NCBI GenBank assembly: GCA_965552135.1 | Contig: CBEVQY010000004.1 | Coordinates: 1 to 64,000 of the forward strand | Length of the DNA: 64,000 nucleotides | Source: an uncultured bacterium | GTDB taxonomy: Bacteria > UBP14 > UBA6098 > B30-G16 | Reading direction: 5' to 3' | Shown: piece by piece, positions 18,024 through 27,533 of the stretch | Position numbering within the stretch: the stretch's first letter is position 1 | How the letters are laid out: the number at the start of each line of letters is the position of its first letter | The notes under the pieces: model-generated | What the model was told of the DNA's origin: nothing | The model's database searches: none | What the model saw: the letters and a program-made list of their open reading frames with translations, nothing else | Program-made: the position numbers and the translations under genes

Positions 18024-20489
18024 ATGTACGACTTCAGGAGCGTAGAGGAGAAGTGGCAGCGTCGCTGGTCGGAGTGGGGGCTTTACAAAACACCGCAAAA
18101 GCCCCGCAAAAAGTTCTACCTGCTGGAGATGTTCGCATACCCCTCGGGCGATATCCACATGGGGCACTTCAGGAACTACGGCGTGGGCGACGTCGTGTGG
18201 CGGTTCCTGAGGATGAAGGGATACGACATCCTCCATCCCTTCGGCTGGGATTCGTTCGGTCTTCCGGCGGAGCAGGCTGCGCTCAAGCACGGCATGTCGC
18301 CCAGCAGGTGGACCGACCAAAACATCGCCACGGGCAAACGCACACTGCAGAAGCTCGGGATATCGTACGACTGGGAGAGGGAGATAAAGACGAGCAGCCC
18401 CGAATACTACCGCTGGACGCAGTGGGTGTTTTTGAAGCTTTACGAGGCTGGGCTTGTGTACCGTGATCTTGCGGCGGTGAACTGGTGCCCGAGCTGCAAG
18501 ACCGTCCTTGCGAACGAGCAGGTGGTGGGCGGCAGGTGCTGGCGCTGCGACTCACCCATCGAAAAAAGGGAGCTTGAGCAGTGGTTCGTGAGGATCACAG
18601 CGTACGCCCAAAGGCTTTTGGACGACCTCGAAAAGCTTGAGGGCAAGTGGCCGTCTCAGATAATCACCATGCAGCGCAACTGGATAGGCAGAAGCGACGG
18701 CGTTGAGCTCGACTTCGTCCTCGAGGGCGGCACGAAAATCCCCGTTTTCACCACGCGCCCCGACACGATCTTCGGCGTCACGTTCGTCACCGTTGCGCCG
18801 GATGCGAAGATAACCAAAAGGCTTTTGGACCTCATCCCCGAAAGCCGCCGCGCCCAGGTCGAGAGCTACATAAAAGAGTCCCTTATGCGCACCGAGGCGG
18901 AGCGCTCGGCGCTGGAGCACGAAAAGGACGGCGTGTTCACCGGGCTTTTTGCCGAAAACCCGATAAGCGGCGATAAAGTCCCAGTCTGGGTGGCGGACTA
19001 CGTCCTCGCAAGCTACGGCACAGGCGCCGTTATGGGCGTTCCGGGGCACGACCAAAGGGACTTCGAGTTCGCGAAAAAGTACGACCTGCCCATAAAGGTC
19101 GTGATAAACCCACCCGGCGAGTCACTCGACCCAAGCTCGATGACCGAAGCCTACACCGCCCCGGGCGTTATGGTCAACTCGGGCGACTTCGACGGGCTGC
19201 CGTCGGAGGAGGGGATAGATCGAGTGATAGCCCACAGCGAAAAGCTCGGCGTCGGTCGCCGCAGGACGACCTACCACCTCAGGGATTGGCTAATCTCGCG
19301 CCAGAGGTACTGGGGCGCACCGATCCCGATGATACACTGCCCCCGCTGCGGGGTCGTGCCTGTGCCCGAGGAGGACCTCCCGGTGCTCTTGCCGCCCGAG
19401 GAGAAGGTCGACTTCATCCCAAAGGGCAGGTCCCCCCTGGCGGATGTGCCCGAGTTTGTGAACACGACCTGTCCGCGCTGCGGCGGCAACGCAAAGCGCG
19501 ACCCCGACACAATGGACACCTTCGTCTGCTCGTCGTGGTACTACCTGCGATACACAAGCCCGCACGACGAAACAAAACCGTTCGCCCCCGAAGAGGTCAA
19601 AAAGTGGCTTCCGGTCGACCTCTACATAGGCGGAGCAGAACACGCCACAGGACACCTCATATACTTCCGCTTCGTCCACAAGGTGCTCTACGACCTTGGC
19701 TACATCCCAAAGGATGTTGGCGACGAGCCAGCGCTAAGACTTTTCAACCACGGCATGGTGCTCGACGAGCACGGGGAGGTGATGAGCAAGTCGAAGGGCA
19801 ACGTCGTATCGCCGATGGAGGTGGTCGAGGAGGTTGGCGTTGACGCCGCCAGGGTCGCGATGCTCTTCTTCGCGCCGCCCGACAAGGAGATCCTATGGTC
19901 GAAGTCGGGCATCCGCGGCGCCACAAGGTTCCTCGCACGCGTCGAAAAAACATTCAGCCACAAACCCAAAACAAGGCAAAGCCCCAACCCCGCAACGCTT
20001 TCCGAAGCCGACCTAAAGCTTTTGAAGGCGCTGCACAGAACGATAAAGAGGGTCTCCGAAGACACCCAGAAGTTGCAGTTCAACACGGCGATAGCCGCCC
20101 TTATGGAGTTCCTCAACGTCCTTCCCCGGGACTTCGGCGGCGACCACCCGCTCTACTTCACAGTGGCCGATAACTTCACAAGGCTGCTGGCGCCCTTCGC
20201 ACCACACATAGCCGAGGAGCTGAACGAGCGGCTGGGGTTCGAAGGCTCGGTCTTCACAAGGGAGTACCCCACTCACGACGACGCACTGGCGCGGGAGGAG
20301 GAGGTCGAGATAGGCGTTCAGGTCAACGGCAAGGCGCGCGGGAGCATAGTCGTCCCCGCGGACGCCACACAAGAGGACGCTCTCGCCAGAGCAAAGCAAA
20401 ACCCCAAAATAGCCAAGTGGCTCGAGGGTAAGGAGATCGCCAAGGTCGTGTACGTCAAGGGCAGGATACTCAACATCGTGGTGAAGTAA
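18024..20489 (+). CDS. leuS: Leucine--tRNA ligase
   Basis: MFAYPSG.IHMGH, FTTRPDT editing domain, SRQRYWGAPIP, VMSKS. Confidence 0.98.
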   Translation: MYDFRSVEEKWQRRWSEWGLYKTPQKPRKKFYLLEMFAYPSGDIHMGHFRNYGVGDVVWRFLRMKGYDILHPFGWDSFGLPAEQAALKHGMSPSRWTDQNIATGKRTLQKLGISYDWEREIKTSSPEYYRWTQWVFLKLYEAGLVYRDLAAVNWCPSCKTVLANEQVVGGRCWRCDSPIEKRELEQWFVRITAYAQRLLDDLEKLEGKWPSQIITMQRNWIGRSDGVELDFVLEGGTKIPVFTTRPDTIFGVTFVTVAPDAKITKRLLDLIPESRRAQVESYIKESLMRTEAERSALEHEKDGVFTGLFAENPISGDKVPVWVADYVLASYGTGAVMGVPGHDQRDFEFAKKYDLPIKVVINPPGESLDPSSMTEAYTAPGVMVNSGDFDGLPSEEGIDRVIAHSEKLGVGRRRTTYHLRDWLISRQRYWGAPIPMIHCPRCGVVPVPEEDLPVLLPPEEKVDFIPKGRSPLADVPEFVNTTCPRCGGNAKRDPDTMDTFVCSSWYYLRYTSPHDETKPFAPEEVKKWLPVDLYIGGAEHATGHLIYFRFVHKVLYDLGYIPKDVGDEPALRLFNHGMVLDEHGEVMSKSKGNVVSPMEVVEEVGVDAARVAMLFFAPPDKEILWSKSGIRGATRFLARVEKTFSHKPKTRQSPNPATLSEADLKLLKALHRTIKRVSEDTQKLQFNTAIAALMEFLNVLPRDFGGDHPLYFTVADNFTRLLAPFAPHIAEELNERLGFEGSVFTREYPTHDDALAREEEVEIGVQVNGKARGSIVVPADATQEDALARAKQNPKIAKWLEGKEIAKVVYVKGRILNIVVK

Positions 20490-20512
20490 GCCGGCGATAA
20501 GCCCCGCCTGAT

Positions 20513-20627
20513 GGACCCCCGCGATCCGACGGATCCCTCACGCTCCAAGTGGACTCCCCATGCTCCAAGTGCACTCCCCGCGATCCGACAGACCCCCTGC
20601 AATCCAATGGACCTCCTGCAATGCCCT
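20513..20627. repeat. Degenerate tandem repeat, six units of 18-20 nt
   Basis: ggacccccgcgatccgac / ggatccctcacgctccaagt / ggactccccatgctccaagt / gcactccccgcgatccgac / agaccccctgcaatccaat / ggacctcctgcaatgccct. Confidence 0.75.
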
Positions 20628-20692
20628 GCGGCTGAAGTGATCCCGTGAGGATTCCTGTTTCCGTGAGTCCTCCGCGGCTCGCGAGGGGGTGT

Positions 20693-22438
20693 TTACCACG
20701 CGCCGCCACCGCCGCCGCCAAATCCGCCGCCCGAAAATCCCCCCGAAAAGCCGCTCCCGCCGGAGGATGCACCGCGCGGACGTGAAGACATCGAACGACC
20801 TATGGCGCCAACTGCCCTGCCGAGGCTGTCGACGAAAACGACCGTGTTCATAGGGGAGGTGCCAACGTACCAGTCCGGGGGCTTTTCGAATATCCCCTCA
20901 AACTTTTCGACCCACTCGTCGGCGCAGCCAAGGACCATCGCGTAGGGCAAAAGCCTCTCGAAGACGGTGGGGTCGTCTTTGGCAAGCCTTTTTATCCTGT
21001 CCCTCTCCGCCCTGCGAACAAACTCCTCAAAGCCCTTAGCGTGGAGCATAGCCGCAACGCCTTTTTTGGTCTTGCGCGGCATTATCGGCGCAAAAAAGAA
21101 GAACAAAATTGCAGATGGCAGCCCCGCCCAAAGGAAGGCAAAGCTTTTCGAAAGCACCGTAAGCGCAACGCCAACTATGAAGAACACGACGCCAAGCTGC
21201 AGGTAGAAGGACCTTACTTTGTCGGGTCTGCGGGGGAAGTAGCCGCGGGCGGAGAGGTCCCTGTATAGCTTGGACTGGAGACCCGCCAGATTGCGGTAGA
21301 ACTTCTCCTTTAGCGTCGAGACGAATATAAGTTCCTTCCCTTCGGGCACGCCGATGTCGGCGGGCGAAAGCCCCTTGTTCGAACCAACCTCAAAAAGACC
21401 GCGCAAAAGCTTCTTCTCAAACTCGCTCAGATCACTTCTGTCGATATCCTTAAGCAAAACGAGGGCGTAGTCTTTGGAGGTGAAGAACAAAAGCTTCTCC
21501 GACTTCGTCTCGACGATCTTCAGGAAGCCCTTGACGGCGAGGTCGACGATCGTTGCGGTGATGTCGGATATATCGGCGCGTTCGTCCATCACGGTTCCCA
21601 TCTCTGCGGGCAAAAGCTCTTCGGGGGGATGGTATCTCACCATGATGGGTGCTCCCCTTATGGGGTCGCGCCCCGCCACGTACCATTTGCGCAGAAGCAG
21701 CGCGAAAACCAAAAACGGCACGGGGAAGCACAGTACCCAAAGCCAGTTGTCCGCCAAAAACCATCCAAGCTCCGCGATGGTGCTTGGCGGTTTTATCACT
21801 CCCTTGGGCACGCCGACGACGACGGAAAGCCCTTCGCCCGGGGAGATGTAACCCGTCACGAACTCGACGCCGTCGGCGGTGACGGTGTACTGGCAGTCCT
21901 GCTCGCGGGAGCCATACCTGCCCGTAAAGCATTTGGCTCTCACCCGGTCGAGGTCGGTTTCCGGCGGAAGCTGCACCAAAACCGAAGCCGAATGAATTGG
22001 GCACTCCCACCTGTGACCCGTGACCTCCCACCAAAGCTCGTCGTGGTCCTCGAAGAACTTTACGGCGCGCTTCACAAAATACCTTATCACGTAAACCTGC
22101 CTGCCCGAGACGTACCTTTTGGGATCGCCTATGCGAACCCTCAAGTCCCTCCCGTGGCGAAAGACCTTGTACTTGCGCGCCTTACCAAGGCCGTCCGTCA
22201 CCGACTCGACCCTGAGCCGAAGGTTGTACCTGTTGCCCGAGGCGGTGGTGTACTTATAGGTTATGTCGCGATAAATTCCGTGCTTCGCCTCGCCGTCGAA
22301 GTCGACGGCTATGCGCTCCTCGACCCTGATCGTTGCGTCGTCGTAAATCCTTATCCGTACCTCAAAGCTTTCGATGTAGTATCCCCACGCAAGGCACGTC
22401 CACGTGCAAAGCGCGGCTAACGCAACCAAAGAGCGCAT
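20693..22438 (-). CDS. DUF2207 family membrane protein
   Basis: HGIYRDI, DELWW..TG..W, ATIVDLAVKG, LLPYAMVLG, Gly-rich GGGGGGAW end. Confidence 0.92.
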   Translation of the reverse strand: MRSLVALAALCTWTCLAWGYYIESFEVRIRIYDDATIRVEERIAVDFDGEAKHGIYRDITYKYTTASGNRYNLRLRVESVTDGLGKARKYKVFRHGRDLRVRIGDPKRYVSGRQVYVIRYFVKRAVKFFEDHDELWWEVTGHRWECPIHSASVLVQLPPETDLDRVRAKCFTGRYGSREQDCQYTVTADGVEFVTGYISPGEGLSVVVGVPKGVIKPPSTIAELGWFLADNWLWVLCFPVPFLVFALLLRKWYVAGRDPIRGAPIMVRYHPPEELLPAEMGTVMDERADISDITATIVDLAVKGFLKIVETKSEKLLFFTSKDYALVLLKDIDRSDLSEFEKKLLRGLFEVGSNKGLSPADIGVPEGKELIFVSTLKEKFYRNLAGLQSKLYRDLSARGYFPRRPDKVRSFYLQLGVVFFIVGVALTVLSKSFAFLWAGLPSAILFFFFAPIMPRKTKKGVAAMLHAKGFEEFVRRAERDRIKRLAKDDPTVFERLLPYAMVLGCADEWVEKFEGIFEKPPDWYVGTSPMNTVVFVDSLGRAVGAIGRSMSSRPRGASSGGSGFSGGFSGGGFGGGGGGAW

Positions 22439-22454
22439 AATATCCCCCCATTCC

Positions 22455-23738
22455 TCAGCGTTGAGACCGCGAAAGCTCCTTTCCGCCTACGCCCACGGCG
22501 AGTCGCACCTCCACGCGCCTGTTTACCCGGCGGTTTGCCTCGCAGGTGTTGGGCACGAGGGGGTCGTCCTCGCCGTGGGGAACTATATCGAACCTCACCG
22601 GCTGCTGCAGGCGCGTTCGGATGTAGTTTGCAACGACTTTGGCGCGCCTGAGGGAGAGGTCGTAGTTGTGCTTCCTGTCGCCGAGGTCACAGGTGTAGCC
22701 GTCCACGATAAGCACCGCACCCTCGGGAAGCTCGCAGCTCCCCAAGAGGGCGAGCAGCGAATCGAGCGCAGCCCTTGTCTGCGAGATGATCCTCGCGTTG
22801 TCGGGCAAAACGAAGGGGATCCTAACCCCCTCCACAAGCTCCGGCGGAAGCGCCCTCTCCTTTTCGCGCGGGCTTCCGGGAGCAAAATAGCTTGCGGTCC
22901 TCTTCTTCGTTCCCCACCTTACGATCACCCTGTGTTCCGCGCCGTCGGTGTCGGAGACGGCGGGAGTGTACTCCACGCACCAGCCGGTCGAGAGAGCCTG
23001 CGGCAGAAACCTCAGCCCCTTAAGGTAAAAACCCTGCGTTTTCTCCGCCATTTCGGTCATTTTGCGGCTTCCAAGCCCGCCCACCTGGACGGCTATTATC
23101 TTCGTCTTGCGCGCCGCCGCCTCGGAGATCGCCTCATCAAGCGAACGCGACGACGAAAAACCACCGTCGGAGATAACCACAACAACCCCGCCGCCGTCAG
23201 GGCAGGCGTCCAGCGCAAGGAGTATGCCCTCGTGCAGGAATGTGCCGTTCGGCGGCGGGTATGGCAGAGCTGAGAGATCCAGCGCGGCAAACCTTTCGGC
23301 GTCCACAGGCTCCTGCGCCCAAAGCGCCCGCTTGCCGAACCTGACAAGCCCAACGCGAACACCCTCACAAAGCCCGGACGCCACGTGCAGCATGTAGGAA
23401 TCGACGTGGGGAACAAGCTCCTTTACGCTTCCGCTGCAGTCTTCGACGAAGACGACCACTTTCGTCGATTCGTGAGCGCTGCGCCAGGCGGAAAACGGGA
23501 TCTCGTCGACCCTGTCGCCCACTACCTCCGTAAGCGACGCCTTTTGGGGGTCGAAGTCGTCTGCGCAGAAGAAGAGGCGAACGCTTTGGGGGAACCGCCC
23601 CGCGTCGACCCAGGCTGTGCGCTCATCCACCTCGACCGCGCGGAAGACCGACACCGAAGCACGCCTGCCCGCGCACCCAAAAAGGGCGATGCCCAAGGCA
23701 AAAGCCAAAGCCAAGCTCTTTCGCCACATACGGCTCAT
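22455..23738 (-). CDS. vWA + OmpA domain lipoprotein
   Basis: Lipobox LFGC; MIDAS DCSGS and ISDG; OmpA motifs GYTC..N..LS.RRA and NRRVE. Confidence 0.85.
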   Translation of the reverse strand: MSRMWRKSLALAFALGIALFGCAGRRASVSVFRAVEVDERTAWVDAGRFPQSVRLFFCADDFDPQKASLTEVVGDRVDEIPFSAWRSAHESTKVVVFVEDCSGSVKELVPHVDSYMLHVASGLCEGVRVGLVRFGKRALWAQEPVDAERFAALDLSALPYPPPNGTFLHEGILLALDACPDGGGVVVVISDGGFSSSRSLDEAISEAAARKTKIIAVQVGGLGSRKMTEMAEKTQGFYLKGLRFLPQALSTGWCVEYTPAVSDTDGAEHRVIVRWGTKKRTASYFAPGSPREKERALPPELVEGVRIPFVLPDNARIISQTRAALDSLLALLGSCELPEGAVLIVDGYTCDLGDRKHNYDLSLRRAKVVANYIRTRLQQPVRFDIVPHGEDDPLVPNTCEANRRVNRRVEVRLAVGVGGKELSRSQR

Positions 23739-23739
23739 A

Positions 23740-24738
23740 TCAAAAATCCCTGCCCACCCGCAGAAAAACTATATGTCTTTCGTAGCTTCGCAGCTTAGCC
23801 ACATCGGGGTTGCACGGGCTTTTGGCGCTGCGGGATGTGACCCTCCACTGAGCGCGCAGCCAAAAGCCGCCCCCAAGCGAAAACTTCGCCCACGGCGCAA
23901 AAGACACCCTCCACTCGTCGCGACCAACGTGGAGCGGATCAACCCAAAGGGGCTTTCGGGACGTATAGACCCTGTGCGAGGCATAAAGCTCCGCACCAAG
24001 CTCGAACGCGCCAAGCTCCCTGCCCAGCGTGACGTAAAACCTGTCCTGGACGTACGATATATCGCTTTCGTCGGAGGAGTCCTTCGTTTCGCACGCCTCG
24101 TCGTATCCTCTGGCGTCGCTTGCGGCGTACTCATATCCAAGCTCGATGTCCGTGATGCCCCACCGCGCAACAAAGGCGCCAAAGCTCCTCCTCACGGAAT
24201 CGTACTCGGGGAAGAACTCGTTATAACGCGCCAGCCGCTGCGCCGCCCTGACGCCGAAGAAAAGCCCCGGCGCAAGCCGCAGCCTTAGCCGCACCCCACC
24301 CAAAACGCTGCAGTACGACGCCCACTGCACAGCTTTCGTCTCATCGTCCCTGTAGGCGCGGCTGGCGTAGTAGGGAACAAAGCTCCCGAAGAGTCTAACC
24401 CGCCACACCCCACGCCCAAGCTCGGCGTATGCGGAAAGCTTTCCGTAGCTTTTGGCCTTGTTCTCTACGAAAAAAGCCCCAAAACCGGACGCGCGAAGCC
24501 TTGCGTAAAGCCCCCTGAACCTTCCCCGCCATTCGACCCAGCCGCCGGCGCGAAGGACGGCGTCGTCGGAGGTCGTTATGAGGAAGTCGTCGCAGCAGCT
24601 TCGGAAGAGCCCAAGCTCGTAGTCGGAGAGGAAGCAGATGTTGGAGTCGTACCTCACCTCGGCCCACAAAGCCGCCGACGTCTTCGCCAAGGCAGCAGAA
24701 ACAAAAAGCAAAAACGCCAACGTTGCCCTCGCCATCAT
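23740..24738 (-). CDS. Putative outer-membrane beta-barrel protein
   Basis: Signal peptide, RYDSNI start, alternating aromatic strands, C-terminal Phe. Confidence 0.65.
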   Translation of the reverse strand: MMARATLAFLLFVSAALAKTSAALWAEVRYDSNICFLSDYELGLFRSCCDDFLITTSDDAVLRAGGWVEWRGRFRGLYARLRASGFGAFFVENKAKSYGKLSAYAELGRGVWRVRLFGSFVPYYASRAYRDDETKAVQWASYCSVLGGVRLRLRLAPGLFFGVRAAQRLARYNEFFPEYDSVRRSFGAFVARWGITDIELGYEYAASDARGYDEACETKDSSDESDISYVQDRFYVTLGRELGAFELGAELYASHRVYTSRKPLWVDPLHVGRDEWRVSFAPWAKFSLGGGFWLRAQWRVTSRSAKSPCNPDVAKLRSYERHIVFLRVGRDF

Positions 24739-24829
24739 GCAGGAATTTTATCATCCCCTCAAAGCCGATGCAACACAAAAGCACAACAAGCGCACATTTT
24801 CGGAAGTCGAGGCAGATCACAGTAAAAGC

Positions 24830-24857
24830 TTGACAACCAAAATCGGTCTATTAAATT
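24830..24857 (+). promoter_or_regulatory. Putative promoter of the hdr/mvh operon
   Basis: TTGACA-N16-TAAATT upstream of AGGAGAGG RBS. Confidence 0.5.
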
Positions 24858-24905
24858 GGTAAAGCGTTTTTAAGGTTAAGGGGCACAAAAACAAAAGGAG
24901 AGGCT

Positions 24906-26531
24906 ATGGGTGCAGGAGTATCGAGGGATGTGCTTGTGATAGGCGGCGGCGTCGCCGGGCTCGAGGCGGCGCGAAACTTGGGCATGCACGGGTACACGGT
25001 GCATCTCATCGAGAAGGAGGACGCCTTAGGTGGGATGGTCCGCCGCCTGAACCAGCTTTACCCTGAAGGGATGCCTAACGCCCACACGCTCGACCCGCTT
25101 GTGGAGGAGGTCAAGGCGCTTGAGACGGTGAACATCTACACCTCCACCGTCCTTTCCGACTTTGCGGGCGAGCCGGGCAATTACGAGGCGGTGCTTACGA
25201 CCAAAGACGGCGAAAAGCGCATAAGGGTGGGCGCCGTCATCGTCGCTACGGGGCTTATACCCTACCCCGTCGAAAACGTCACCGCCTACGGATACAAAAG
25301 GTACAAAAACGTCCTGACGCCTGTGGAGTTCGAGGAGGCGATAAGCAAGGGCGAGATCGACCCCAAGTCGCTGAAGAGCGTCGTCATCATCTACTGCGCG
25401 GGCTCGAGGGACGAAAAGTTCCTGAAGCACTGCTCGAGGGTGTGCTGCTTCATAGGACTCAAGGAAGCCAAGGTCATAAAGGACATGAACCCCGACTGCG
25501 AGGTCTACATCACCTATATGGATATGCGCAGCTACGGGAACCTCGAGTCGCTCTACAACACGCTCAAAAACGTTTACGCCGTAAACTTCATCCGCGGAAG
25601 ACCCGCGAAGGTTGCGCAGGAGGACGGAAAGCTTTACGTCTACACCGAGGACACCGACTTGGGCGAAAAGCTTAAGATCCCCGCCGACTACGTCATCCTC
25701 AACCACGGCTACGTTGCGGACGAGGAGACCCTCACGAAGGTCGGCGTTCCGCTGGATGAGGGGGACAAGGGTCCTTTCCCCACGACGTACGTGAACGCGT
25801 CCCTTTCGGTGGACTCTAATCCGCGCGGGGTGTATGTTTGCGGCGCGGCTGCCTTCCCCAAAAACGTTGCCGAAGCCGTCTCCGAAGCGCGCGCCGCCGC
25901 ACTCGCCGTGATGAACACCCTACGGTCGCTTGAGCCCAAAACACCATACCCCGAGATAAACTCCGACATCTGCGGCGAGCTTCAGTGCAAGCTCTGCCTG
26001 TCGGTGTGCCCGTACGGAGCGATAGTTGAGCGGGAGGGGAAGATAACCGTCCTCCCCGAGCTTTGCATGGGATGCGGCATTTGCACGGCAACGTGCGCAT
26101 CGGGCGCAAACCAGCTTAAGGGATACTCCGACTCGGACATACTGAAGCAGATAGACGAGAAAGTCGAGCCGGGCGATGTCGTCGCCTTCCTCTGCAAGTG
26201 GAGCGCGTATCCTGCCGCAGAACCACTGCTTAAGGACGGCGGGCTTGACGGCGTGAAGATAATCCAGATCCCGTGCACGGGTCGCATAAGCGGCGGACTG
26301 CTTCTGCACACGTTCAAGTACAACCCCAAAGGGGTCCTCGTTTCGGGCTGCTACCCCGACGGTTGCCACTACAACAAGGGCAACTTCCTCGCCAGGCGCA
26401 GGATATTTTTGACGCAGACGCTTCTGGAGCAGTTCGGAATCCCCTCGACAAAGCTTAGGGTCGAGTGGCTCGGCAACAACGAAACCGAAAGGCTCAAAAG
26501 GATCCTCAACGAGATGAAAGGAGGAGAATAA
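24906..26531 (+). CDS. hdrA: Compact heterodisulfide reductase subunit A fused to MvhD
   Basis: GGGVAG FAD motif, CAGSRD..CSRVCC, 2x[4Fe-4S] ferredoxin, C-terminal MvhD (FLCKW, PCTGR, GCYPDGCHY). Confidence 0.88.
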   Translation: MGAGVSRDVLVIGGGVAGLEAARNLGMHGYTVHLIEKEDALGGMVRRLNQLYPEGMPNAHTLDPLVEEVKALETVNIYTSTVLSDFAGEPGNYEAVLTTKDGEKRIRVGAVIVATGLIPYPVENVTAYGYKRYKNVLTPVEFEEAISKGEIDPKSLKSVVIIYCAGSRDEKFLKHCSRVCCFIGLKEAKVIKDMNPDCEVYITYMDMRSYGNLESLYNTLKNVYAVNFIRGRPAKVAQEDGKLYVYTEDTDLGEKLKIPADYVILNHGYVADEETLTKVGVPLDEGDKGPFPTTYVNASLSVDSNPRGVYVCGAAAFPKNVAEAVSEARAAALAVMNTLRSLEPKTPYPEINSDICGELQCKLCLSVCPYGAIVEREGKITVLPELCMGCGICTATCASGANQLKGYSDSDILKQIDEKVEPGDVVAFLCKWSAYPAAEPLLKDGGLDGVKIIQIPCTGRISGGLLLHTFKYNPKGVLVSGCYPDGCHYNKGNFLARRRIFLTQTLLEQFGIPSTKLRVEWLGNNETERLKRILNEMKGGE

Positions 26532-27532
26532 TGGCGGAAAAGATCACCATAGCGCTCAAGCGCGGGGCAAGCTGCGTGGGGTGCGACATAGCGCTTGTGA
26601 ACCTCTCCGAAAAGCTTTTGGAGCTTTTGGAGATAGCCGATATAGTCTTTGCCCCCACGCTTGTGGACGTCAAGTACAAGGACCTCGAGGCGATGCCCGA
26701 CGGCTCGATAACCGTTGGGCTTTACCACGGCGCCATACGGAACTCCGAGAACGAGGAGCTTGCCCGCATAATGAGGCGCAAGTGCCAGGTCCTCATAGCC
26801 TACGGCGCCTGCGCACACCTGGGCGGAATACCCGGACTCGCAAACGCATGCTCCAAGGAGGACATCTTCAAAACGGTCTACGAGGACACAGCCTCGACGG
26901 TAAACCCCGAAAAAGTCCACCCTCAGCCCGAGTGGACGGACGAAAAGGGACACAAGCTCACCCTGCCCGTCTTTCTGGACAGGGTGAAGCGGCTCGACGA
27001 GGTCGTTGAGGTCGACTACTACGTTCCCGCCTGCCCGCCGACGCCGGAGATGAACGACAAAATCCTCAGCATCCTCAAGGACTTCGTGGAGGGCAAGGCT
27101 CCGCTTCCGCCCAAGGGGACAGTGATAGCGTCGGAGAAGATCGTCTGCGACGAGTGCCCGCGCGAGAAATCTGAGAAGGTCAGGATGGATAGGGTCCGTT
27201 CGATCACGGAGTTTATTCCCGACCCCGACAAGTGCTTTCTGGAGCAGGGAATAATCTGCCTTGGTCCTGCGACGCGAGCTGGCTGCGGCGCCGTCTGCAT
27301 AGAGCGCGGGAACATGCCCTGCCGCGGATGTATGGGACCAACGGCGCTTGCCGAAGACCAGGGCGGGGCAATACTCTCCGCAATAGCGTCGATCCTGGGC
27401 GCAGGCGAGGAAGGATTAGACGAACAAACGAGAAAGCTCATCTCGCAGATAAAGGATCCGCTCGGCTACTTCTACAGGTTCTCGCTGCCGAGCTCGGTGC
27501 TCGATAGGGCAAAAAGCAAGGAGGCAAGATAA
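26531..27532 (+). CDS. mvhG: Group 3c [NiFe]-hydrogenase small subunit
   Basis: SCVGC, AYGACAHLGGIPGLAN, PACPP, CFLEQG..CLGPATRAGC, PCRGC. Confidence 0.9.
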   Translation: MAEKITIALKRGASCVGCDIALVNLSEKLLELLEIADIVFAPTLVDVKYKDLEAMPDGSITVGLYHGAIRNSENEELARIMRRKCQVLIAYGACAHLGGIPGLANACSKEDIFKTVYEDTASTVNPEKVHPQPEWTDEKGHKLTLPVFLDRVKRLDEVVEVDYYVPACPPTPEMNDKILSILKDFVEGKAPLPPKGTVIASEKIVCDECPREKSEKVRMDRVRSITEFIPDPDKCFLEQGIICLGPATRAGCGAVCIERGNMPCRGCMGPTALAEDQGGAILSAIASILGAGEEGLDEQTRKLISQIKDPLGYFYRFSLPSSVLDRAKSKEAR

Positions 27533-27533
27533 G

